The notes beneath the pieces were generated by a model. That model ran no database searches. It saw only the letters and a list, made by a program, of their open reading frames with translations, and was not told where the DNA came from. Shown here in pieces: positions 1 to 11,240 of a DNA stretch of 64,000 nt; the first letter of the stretch is position 1, and every line of letters starts with the position of its first letter. A program made the translations under genes and the position numbers. Source of the stretch: Camelus ferus (taxonomy: Eukaryota); contig NC_045696.1 in the NCBI RefSeq assembly GCF_009834535.1, positions 18,044,001 to 18,108,000 of the forward strand, read 5' to 3'.

Positions 1-2019
1 TTCTGAGGTGTAACTCTGGTCTACTAATTTTATGATATTTGCAAGCATATAAAATGATTTAAAGTAAGTGCATAGTAACGTAACTTCATGATTTTATCAC
101 TAAGATTGTAATATGTATGTTGGATGTGTACCTGAAGCGATAGATAGCAATACTGCTCCATTATTATGGAATTTTATAATCAGTTTATCATGTTTACCCC
201 TCACCCATCTCACCCTCATTATTTTCCTACAGTTTTATAGGTCAATATATAAAGATATTTGAAAAGTTAACTTGAAGACAGCTGTTTTGTTTTTTTTTTT
301 AAACTAGGCAGCTTTGATTTGCATTTCCTCTCTGTATAGAGGGTATTAACTGAAGAATGACAGAAACAGGAAACAAAACACTTCCGTTCTTTTATGTGCG
401 GTTCAGGACAGATTACTCACAAAGTTGATTGGAAATTGTTAGTGTGCTGCTCTAGGACCATCCATCCTCCGCATCTGTTTGTTGAGAGGGTTTGTTCCTA
501 GTAAGTTTTCAATGACACTTTTTATAATAATTATTTAGCCTCTGAAATCACTTGCATTATAATATATTCTTTAATTCTAAAGCTAAATCAAATGCAATGA
601 GGAAAACCTATTTTCTCAAAATTAATTTTCTGTTGTTCTGGTTAAAAAATTAAATTTAAATGAACAACAACTGGATCTTATATGGATAAGGAAAAAACTA
701 TTAATTTTAAGCAGCATCATGGATATGACTAAGGGACAAGCAAATGATAGCAATGATAATATTATGATGAGGTGAGTCCTACCACTGTGGAAAAAAGAAA
801 CAAAAAGGAGAATATTTCATGGGTCATCTAATTAATGCTCTTTAAAAAAATTCTAAGACTAAGAGAGCAATCGTACTGACCTATGAAGCTTATTCTGGTC
901 ACCTCTACCTTGAGATGATCATTGGTGGTTTTTGGAAAACTAAGTAATACAACTCATCTGCTGAATCCATTTAGTTCTGTTGGCTTTTCTTTCAAGGAGT
1001 ATTTTGATTTCAAAATAAAGTAAGATTTAAAAGTTGTACTTTATTTCCATAGAGATATAAAGTATCAATTTAAGTTAATAGCTAGAGTAGGGAGGTACCG
1101 ATTGAACACCATCAAATTTTCATGAAGGCTTTCAGCTATAAGAATGCAGCATTATGAAGATACAATAAAGTGATGTGTTATTAATGTTTTTCTCTCTACT
1201 TGCAGAATAACACGGCATCCTTTCCCATGGTACCATGAATAGCAACTGACATGGGAGTAGGCTGAGCTTCTTTGTATAATTTGTGGAGTAATCAAGACAC
1301 CATGGCACTTCTTCCTTCTAAATTTCTCAAGTTTGAACAGATAACTCAAGATGATCAGGATAAAAATCTTCTTTGTGGTTTGACACCCAATTTTACCTTG
1401 TGCAATTTCAATATCCAAGCCATGCAAATGACAATAAAAACTTTGGTTTACTTAATACATGCAAATTATAAAGCTCTTTGTAACTTTTCTTTTAAATTCT
1501 AGAAAAATCTCCTTAAGATAATAAGGTCAAATATTGTAATATCCAAATGCCAATTGTCATTTGAGAAAAATGATTCTCCGTGTGAACAAGTAAATTGCCT
1601 GAGGTTAAACAGCAAGTAACTGATAAAGATTTCAAATGAATAATTTTGATCTTCTGACCCTGAATCATTCTGCTACCTTGTGCAGCTTCCTATCGAAAAA
1701 TCTTATTTAATTCTCGAGTTGTTCCTTCAAAGACCCAATGTCTTCTGAAAAGACGTTAAGTTTTAGAACCACAGGATGATCATAAAAAGAGATTATTTTG
1801 TTTGGTGGAATGTTACTGTACTGTGCAGTAGCCATATATTTAATGAGCTTGAAAATTTATTTTAAAATTTATTTGTATCCATAGAATATTCTGTATGTTA
1901 CATTTAAAAATGGACCACACCATATTTATAATATATAAGTAGCAAAATATTTAAATGTAAAATTACAGAAGGTAATTTAAAATTATACCTTAAAGTATAT
2001 TCAAGTTTTAATTATGTCA

Positions 2020-2183
2020 GTAGAGACAGGAGAAAATTTCTTAGAAGAGCTTTTTCAAAATTAGAACTCAGAACCCAAAAGCATGAGCAACAAGAAAAGA
2101 AAGATAAATGAGACTTTATTAAAACTAAAAGCCTTTGTGCATCTAAGAACCATATCAGAAAGTAAAAAGACAACCTACAAATT
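2020..2183 (+). mobile_element. Old L1 ORF2 C-terminal fragment
   Basis: L1-like 'gactttattaaaactaaaagcctttgtgcatctaagaaccatatcagaaagtaaaaagacaacctaca'; decayed. Confidence 0.7.
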
Positions 2184-2194
2184 ACAACTGATTT

Positions 2195-4620
2195 TGCACC
2201 CTGTGGCTTCCCTGAACTCTCATTAGTTACAGGAATTGTTTGTTGGTTAGACTTGAGATTTTCTTTGTGGACCATTGTGTCATCTATGTATTATTTCATC
2301 TTTTTTGATCTGTATGACATTTTTTTTTTCTTACTGTGCTGGATAGAACTTCTAGCACAATCCTGACTAGCAGTAGTGAAATGGACATGAATACTTTATT
2401 CCTCATCCCAGAGGGGAATCAGTTCTTCACCATTAAGTATGATGGTAGCTGCAGGTGTATTATAAATTTGTTTACTTAGTTAAGAAAATCCTGTTTATTC
2501 TGAGTTTACTACAAGCTTTTTTTTTTTCTATATCATATGTGGATATTTTGATTTTTTTTTTCCTGCATCAGTAGCTATGACAATGTGATTTCTTCTTTAT
2601 CCTCTTATGCTGGTGCATTAGACTGACTGATTTTTCAGATTTGATCCAGGCTTGCATCTCTGAATAAATCTCATATGGTATATGGATAATTCTCATATGG
2701 TATATGTGATATTACTAATTTCCATTTGTTACTATGTTGTTAAGAATTCTGCATCTTAATTTTCCAATCTATATGTTCAGAGTTGTCCATAGCATTTCTT
2801 CATTACCCTGTTGATGCTTCCAAAGTCTGTTCCGGTGTCTACTGTTTCATTGCTGATTTTAGTATTTTGTGTTTTTTCTCATTTTTTCACCCTAGAAGTT
2901 TGTCTCTCTTATTGATCCTTTCAAAGAACCAAATTTTTGTTTATTTACTCTATTTTTTTTAAGTTTTCCATTTCATTGATAGCTTTTCTTATTGTTTATC
3001 TCCTTCCTTCCACTCAATTTGGATTTCCTTTGATAATTTTTTTTCCTACTTATACTTGATTGAGATGAGTACTTAGGTTATTTATTTAAGCCTTTTCAAC
3101 TCTTTTCTGTGTAGGAATTGAGTGCTAAAAATTCCCCTTCCATCACTAATGGAGCTGCATTCCACAAGTTTTGATTTGTTATATTTTCATTTTCATTCTG
3201 TTACTTTTTAAAAATTTTTCCTTAAGACTTCCTCTTTGACCAATGACTTATTTAGAAATATGTTGTTTAGTTTCTAAATATATGGAGAATTTCTTTTTAT
3301 CTTTTGCTATTGATTTCTAGTTTGGTTTAGTTGTGATAGAGTACATATTCTCTCTGATTTCAGTTATTTAACAGTCTTTGATATCTGTTTTATGGCCCTG
3401 AGTGTGGGATGTATTGACATAAATTCTATGGACACCTGAAAAGAATGCAAAGAATGTGTACCCTTCCTTTGTTCAATGAAGTGTTCCTGCTGTATTAGTC
3501 CATTAGTTCCTGTTGACAGATGTTTTTGTAGAGTCCTACCTCCTTCTTGATTATTTTGTCTATTTTTCCACTAATTATTGAGAGAGTGGTGTAAAAGTCT
3601 CAAACTTTAATTGTAGATTTGATGATTTCAATTTTCAGTTCCATCAGTTTTTGCTTTACATAATTTGCGGGTCTGTTGTTTAGTGCTATTCTTCCTTCTG
3701 GATTGACTTTTTTTTCCCCCATTATGTAATGTTCCTTCTGTTCTTAGTAACATTCATTTCTTTAAAAGCTACTTTATCCCATATGAATGTCTTCACTCCT
3801 GCTTTTTGTTGATTAGTATTTGCTTTGTCTTATCTTTTTCCATTCTTTCAATTTCACTTTCTGTTGTTACATTTAAAGTGACAGCACATACGAAGATGAT
3901 GTTATTGTATCCATTCTACCAATCTCTGACTTTATTAGTGCATTTAGATCATTAACATTATTGATGTTTTAAAGGATTATTTCTCCAATTTTGGTTTCTG
4001 CTTCTGTATGCTTTTTTTTCCCTGCCTTCAAACTTCTTTTTAGAATTTCATTTTGATTTACCTATAGTGTGAGTGTGTTTTCAGTATATCTCTTTGTATT
4101 TTTTTTTAATGGCTGCTCTAGGTATTATATATACTTACAGTGTAACATTGTTGACATTTTAACCATTTGAGTAAAGTGTACAAACCTTACTTCACTTTAT
4201 TCCCTTTAATGTCCCCATTATATTTCCTTATTTACTCTATATACACGCAAAACCATAATGGGCATTGTTATAATTTTTGCTTCCACCAATAAAAATAATT
4301 AAGAAAATTTAAGGCAAAATACTACAGTCAATTGTTTTTACTATATTTTAATCCTTTTCTTTTCTTTTTTTCTTTCCTGATTTTCTAGGTTTCCTTCTTT
4401 TATCATTTATTTTTCTGTTTAAATATTTTTTTAGTCATTCTTCGAGAGTATGTCATTTGGTGACAAATTATCTTAGTTTTTATATATTTGAGAATGTTTT
4501 GATTGCTCGTTCATTCCTGAAGAATATTTTCACTAGATTTTAGAAACATTCAGTTTGACAGTTCCTTACACCTAATACTTGGAAAATGGCTTATCACTTA
4601 CTTCTTGCCTCTTTTATGTG
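2195..4620 (-). mobile_element. Old L1 (L1M-type) fragment, ORF2 region and upstream
   Basis: T-rich antisense L1 motifs, e.g. 'tcttcaccattaagtatgatggtagctgcagg', 'tttcaaagaaccaaatttttg', 'tcattcctgaagaatattttcactag'. Confidence 0.85.
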
Positions 4621-4635
4621 ATTCCACTAATTATA

Positions 4636-5096
4636 CACAGGGTGAAGTGAGGTCTAGGAGGGTCTGGAGGTCAGGAGTTTCTGTCCCCAAGGAGTTCAAG
4701 TGTTTCACCCTTCCTAGACACGGATGTGTTCATCAACCTGGAAGCTCCCTGAACTCCATAATGTTGGAATTTTTATAGAGGCTTCCTCAAGTAGGTATGA
4801 TCAGTTATTAACTCTTTTTCCAGCCCCTCTTCTTCTCTACAGAAGTGTGTGAATGTTTGTGTGTGGAGGGCAGGGTGGGTGCTGAAAATTCCAAGCTTCT
4901 AATTATGGCTTCATCTTTCTGGTGACCAGCCCCCATCCAGGAATCATCCAAAAGCTCATTCAGAGTTGCCTCATTAAAACAAAAGTTCCTCCTATTACTC
5001 TTATCACTTAGGAATTACAAGGGTTTAGTTCTGTACCAGGAGCCAGGGCAGAGCTATACATATATATATATATGTATTTTTTTCTATTATCTCACA
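4636..5096 (-). mobile_element. MER21-type LTR (partial)
   Basis: 'ggatgtgttcatcaacctggaagctc', 'ggtgaccagcccccatcc', 'ctcttatcacttaggaattacaagggttt', ends 'tattatctcaca'; homologous to 20351-21126. Confidence 0.85.
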
Positions 5097-7119
5097 CGCC
5101 TATTGTATATTTAGGCGCATAAACTAAAACTGTCTGAAGCAAAATTGGATTGTGAAGACATTTCCCAAAATGAAATCACTGAGATCCAACTGACTAAGGT
5201 GCATTCATTGAAAATTGATAGGGATGTTATTGCTGAATGACTTGCAAATGCTGCCCAGAAACAAATGCTGTAACAGTTGCCAAGCATTTGCATAAACAAC
5301 ATAATGGGTTTACTCTGTCTATCTGGGTGCCCATGGTTTTATAAATTATACTGCAGGTTTGCCCAGGTTATTTTTAATAGTCGACAAAGTCCCTCATGGC
5401 TCAAACCCAACCAGTACATTCACATATTCCCCATTATAAGTAAAAGTGTAGAGCCCATGTCAGTCTGTGAGAATTGGCTTTAACTAAATGATTATATCAG
5501 TATATTTCTTAAAATTTTTCTCTATTGGAAAATAGATTTTTCTACTTGGGAAGCCCTATTAACCAAATTCAAGAATGTATTTTGCCACATGACTTCAAGA
5601 AAAAAAAATTAAGAAGTGCTTAATAGTACAAGCAGGTTCCGATTATTTCTTCATTAATTAATCTACATGTAGAATACCAACATTTTAGGAGTGACCATGT
5701 TGAAAATGTTGAGCTTGTTTTCAATTCCCTTTTTAACAGTAATTCTTTTTCTCTTAGGCATATATTTGATATTATTAGGACTATACAGACAATAAAGGGT
5801 AGACATAATTTTTGTCTTTTTCTTTTTGATTATTTCAGTTGGATTCACCTAGTAATTTTATTGAAAGCTTGGAAGTTTGAGAATTGAGCTTTAAGCTTGG
5901 CTTCTAACTAGAAAAGAATAAAAAATATTTATAAGTTCAAAATTCAAAAAGCCTGTCATTTAAGTTATTCAAAATATAGTCTCTTATTTCACTTTAAATA
6001 TGATACAATGAGATAAAACAATAGTAACTTATATTACCTATTTGACTAATCAAATGAAGTCTTCTGAGACTTCTGAAGCCACTGAGAAAAAAAAAAAAAA
6101 TCTCAGTATATACCTGATCTAGAAAAAGCTGGGGATTGTGGTCAGAGTATAAATTCAGAATTGGAGTAGGATAAATTGTTAGGCCCAGCATTAACTTCCA
6201 GTTTTTAGAAAATTTTAATATCATCTCTCTTTCCTTGTACTTTATTTGAAAATCATTTCAATTTGCCAGTTCATCAAAAGTCTAGGGTGTACTAAATTAA
6301 AGGTTGATTTAACTCTTAAAGGGCCTATATGATAAAAAGATCAAATAAAGTCGCTACATTCTAACTGCTAATAATGGTTCTTGTCATTTTTATAAGTGTA
6401 TAAGTAAGTATGCAAGAGAGCTAGACACCAGAACGAACAAAGGAAGGTTAAGTGTCTTTGTAGCTTTCTACATAATTATTTCTATTTCTATGACCTGATA
6501 TGGTACTTATGGCTTCTATTAGTTAATGATTATCAAGAAGGTTCTCATCATATTCAGCCAGTAGTTTAACCAGCTATTAGGTTTGTTCTTGAATTTATTT
6601 GCCTTGAATTAATTATCTTACTTTTTTTCTTTGCATCATCTTTATTTAAAAGCACATTTTGTTTTAGATTAACACAATTTTCTTATCTGGAACCAACAGA
6701 CCTAATTCATTTCTAAGAATTTCCCATATAAATGATGCTCTATAGCTTTTTATTTCCCATTCCAGGAAGGAAATCAAGCAATAGATGATCTGATTAGTCA
6801 ATAAAACTCCTCAGATTATTAGTTGTGAGACTGAGCATAGTTGATATTCCCCGTTTAGCTAGAGATGAGAGTCACAATAGTACTGATCGAATGGATAGGT
6901 TTAGAGTATCCTTGATGATTGCAGGTGCTAATTCAAGGAGGAAATGTGTTTTTTTTCCACTGTGACCTCTGGCAAACTCTCCAGCCTATATCTTACATCA
7001 TACTTGCTGCATGAAAAAATTCAATTCTTGAAGACAGAATTCTGTAGTTTGGATTGTTAATTGTTAATTTCTAAGAAATTTAGAATTAATTAATTTCTAT
7101 AGAAGTATAATTGATTTAT

Positions 7120-8640
7120 ATATATAGACTTGTATGCTACATCCTTGATGAATGGTGTCAAAAGATGTTGGGGTTCTGTCAAATAATTTTTCTTTCACTG
7201 CTGGGATAATCACGTTTTTTGTTCTTTATTCTATTAACACAAAGTATCGCATTGATTTTCACATGTTAAACCAATTTTGCATTCTTAAGATAAATCCTGT
7301 TTAGTCATGATGTATGATTCAGTTAAATTTTTGCTGAATTTAATTTGCTAGTATTTTCTTGAAGATTTGCAGTTGTATATTTATAGAAGATATTGTGTAT
7401 TTTTCAATTATTGTGGATTCTGTCTTATTTTGATAGCAGGGTAATTCTGGCCTCAAGAAATTAAACAGTGTTTCATTCCCTTTTATTTTTTGGAAAAGTC
7501 TGTGAAGGATTGATGGTTATTCTTTGAAAGTTTGGTAGAATTAATCACTGAAGCCATAGGGGCTTGGGCTTCTATTGGTTGGAACATGATTACTAACTCA
7601 ATTTTTTTACTTATTCTAAATCTATTGAGGTTATATTACCATGTCTTTCTAAGGATTTGTCCACTTTATCTAGTTTAACCAATCTGTTAGAATATATTTT
7701 TCATAGTATTTTATAATTCTCTTATTCTTGATTTTAGTGTTTAGTGTCTTCCCTCTGTCTCTGTTGCTCTCTGTCTTTCTTCCTGTCTCTGTTAAGTTTA
7801 GATAAAGTTTGTCAACTTTTTGCAAAACCAACTTTTGTTTTGGGGGTTTTTCTATTGTTCTTCTTTAATCTAATTTTTTTTACACTCTAATCCTTACTAT
7901 TTCCTTCCTCGGCTTGCCTTTCGTTTTATTTTTCTTCTTTTCCTGGTTTACTAAGGTGGAAATCTAGTTATTACACTGAGATATTTTCTTTTCTTTTTAA
8001 ATACAGGTATTTACTGCTATACATTTTGCTACAGGCACTGTTATAATTGTATCCTATATATTTTGGTATATTTTAATTTTGTTTTCATTGATCTTATAAT
8101 TTCCCTTGTGATTTTTTTAAATTTGTTTAGATGTGTGTTGCCTGATTTTATACAGACTTTTGAATCTCTCAAATTGATTTTTGTTATTAATTTTAAATTT
8201 TATTCCACTGTGGCTGGAGAACACATTTTGTATGCATTAAATTATTCAATATTTTGAAACATATTGTATAGCCTAGCATATAGTTTCTCCAAGAGAATGT
8301 TCCGTGTGCATTGAAAGGAATGTGTGTTCTGCCCTTGTTGTGTGTTGTATTCTAAATACAGTGGCTACATCTAGTTGATTTATTGTTATTCAGGCCTACA
8401 ATTTCTTGTTGATCCTTTGCTTCATTGTTCTAGTATTGAAAGCAGGATATTATAGTCTTTAACTACTGTGGTTGAAATTGTGGCTACTTCCCATCAATTC
8501 TATAGGTTTTTATTTCAGGTAATTTAGAGCTTTGATGTTATAACTAGTACATAACTACGCATTCTGATAGGTTTACTCTTTTATCATTATAAAATGTCCT
8601 AACTTATCTGCAGGAACAACTTTTGTTCCCATATTTGTTT
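7120..8640 (-). mobile_element. Old L1 (L1M-type) ORF2 fragment
   Basis: Antisense L1 motifs 'gtaattctggcctca', 'tttggtagaattaatcactgaagcca', 'gagaatgttccgtgtgcattgaaaggaatgtgtgttctg'. Confidence 0.85.
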
Positions 8641-9900
8641 GAAAATATATCCTGACTGCAATGTAAAATACTGAAATGTACACACCAATCTCATTTAGGA
8701 GATTTTAAAATAGTCAAATTGAGAGATGATGACAACAATGACTAATTCATCAAAAATTCAAATCTTGATGTTTAAAGAGTTACATATATATATATACACA
8801 CATATATAATGACTTTTGTGAATTTACTTAAGCATATTGCAACAAAATAAAGGAATATGTGAATAAAATCTGTAATTTAATGATGCTGATCAGATCAGTA
8901 GAGGTAATTCAGATGAATTATACAAGGATACTAATCTTTTTTATTTAATACACACATTTAATGGCAAAATTTTGGTTTTCATATCAATTCTATACTAAAC
9001 AAACCAAATATAGGATGAAAATAAGAGGAGTTCAACACTAAAACTTTATAGGCCTTACCTTTCTATAGAAGTAATTAAATACATTCTCTGAATCTAAAAT
9101 TAAAGATACATATGTACATAGAGTTTATACAAAATAATACATAACATATACTTATTAAAATAGTATTGAGAAAATAAATATTCATGATTTAGCTATTATT
9201 TATAAATAATTTTTTGATTTTGTCTTTAAGAGGCTTTCCTAGCTATAGTTTTTAATTCAATGAAGTACTAATATTAAATATTTTCTAAAGGATTAAATGT
9301 ATAGTAAGATGTTTTTTCTGATGTATTACAGGGAAGCTGAAGGAATTCACCCATCCACTTAAATGCCTATTGTTATTAAAAGAACAGAGAATTTAGGTCA
9401 GGGTATTTTTTAGCAGAACAAACCATTTTCTGTAGACTACAAATGAAAACTATTTATCTTTTTGTATCCAAACTTTATTTCACAGCTCATGAGGTTCAAC
9501 TGGGAGGCGGTTTTCAATAAAAATTATGCTAGGATTTCCTCATAGTTAAAAAAAAAAGTAATTGCATAGTGAGTCAGGGGTGCTTTAAGAGAGGGGCCAT
9601 TAAATAACCTATCATATAAGTAGAGACATAAAATAAATAATTTTGAATTTTATAGTAGGCGAATATTATGTTGAAGAGAGTTACAACACTGGTGCCATAT
9701 GTGAAATAATAAATAGTAAAAAAAGAGGATTATCCTACTGAATACTACAGTTATCCATGATATAGCAGAAATAGATTTTGAAGCAACAGTCACAGTGAGA
9801 TATTTTTAAGCAAATTTTTTTAACCATCTCCCATTTCCTGAATATGAAAGTGTGTATTTAAAATTAAATAAGCATGTGAACTCAGATTACATATACATAA

Positions 9901-10274
9901 TGTTATGTACTGAACTGTGTCCCCTCAAAATTCGTATGTCAAAGCTTTAATCCTCAACATGACTATATTTGGATATAGGGCCTTTAAAAAGGCAATATAA
10001 GTAAAACAGGTCTTATGAGTGGGGCCCTAATCTAATACACTGGTATCCTTATAAAAGGAGAGGCTCAAGAAATGAGCAATCACAGAGTAAAAACCATGGG
10101 AGGACACGAGGAGAAGGCCATCTACAAGCCACAGACGATGCTTCAGAAGAAATCCAACCTATTGACACCTTGATCTTGGGCTTCTAGCCTCCAGAACTGT
10201 GAGATGATAAATAAGATGTTTAAAATCACCCAATCTGTGATGTATTTTCATGGCAGCCCTAGCAGACTAATACA
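9901..10274 (+). mobile_element. MaLR solo LTR, MLT1A-like
   Basis: TG...CA ends; 'tgtgtcccctcaaaattcgtatg', 'gacaccttgatcttgggcttctagcctccagaactgtgag', 'gcagccctagcagactaataca'. Confidence 0.9.
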
Positions 10275-10330
10275 TATGTAAAAAGAAAAAAAAGTGAGTA
10301 TATGAAGAAGAGGAATTTAGGGAATGCCAC

Positions 10331-10706
10331 TATGTTATTTTTCTAGGGCTACCATAACAAAACACCACAGTGGCGGGGGCTTAAACAGAAATTTATTTTC
10401 TCACCATCCTGGAGGCTACCAGTCCAAGATCAAAGTACTGGCAGGTTTAGTTTCTCCTCAGGCTTTTCTGTTTGGCTTGCAGATGCCCACCTTCTCAATG
10501 TGCCCTCACATGAGTGTCTTTCTGAACATGCACATGCCTAGTGTCTCTGTGTCCTAATCTCCTCTTTGTATAAAGACATCAGCTACATCAGATTAGTGTC
10601 TACCCTGACAATCTTATTTCAACCTAGTAACTTTTTTAAAGACCCTAATTCCATATACAGTTAACATTCTGAAGTATGGGGGTTAGAATGTCCAACATAT
10701 GAATTC
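10331..10706 (-). mobile_element. MaLR solo LTR, MLT1A-like
   Basis: 'ctagggctaccataacaaaacaccac', 'cctggaggctaccagtccaagatcaaag', 'gtgtcctaatctcctct'. Confidence 0.9.
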
Positions 10707-10974
10707 ATAGAAATAATATTTGGATTTTTGAACATATATTAAGAAGAAAATACATTTCAAATAGCAAATTGCTGAATGGAAAACATACTTATATACTTGG
10801 TCACCTGCTCCAATCTTTTCTAACATGGATTTTACTACTAATAAGGTGACAAAATAGAGACATATAATTTCATTATTTGACACCAACATTTTTAAGTCTT
10901 AGAACACTGTGTCAGAATTAGTGTTTTTACAGTAGACAGTTAAGCTCTCCACATCATTTTTGCTTTGTTTCATT

Positions 10975-11240
10975 ATTGCTTTTATTATGAAATATTAATT
11001 ATAAAATGTATATAAAATAAATAATTGATATGTGAACTTCTTCATTGCCTTTAGTAACTATCAACTTACTGCAGTTTTATTTGATCTGTATAATTGCAAT
11101 TACCCACTTATTAGTTTGAATAAAATTCCAAATATATCATTTCATCCATGAATTTTTTTTAAATAAAGATGCATAAAATATTCTTTTTTTTAAACACAAA
11201 ATTATAGTATCATGATCCTATAGTATCATGATCACACCTA
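10975..11240 (-). mobile_element. Old L1 3'-end fragment (L1MC4/5-like)
   Basis: 'attccaaatatatcatttcatccatgaa', 'atcatgatcacacct'; highly diverged. Confidence 0.4.

Noticed and set aside
712..732. Histatin-like 'HHGY' peptide
   Set aside because: Four-residue match followed by a stop; no signal-peptide exon or SCPP gene structure seen
5115..5240. Exon-like frame AHKLKLSEAKLDCEDISQNEITEIQLTK
   Set aside because: Weak acceptor abutting a MER21 end, weak donor (gtgcat), unrecognised peptide
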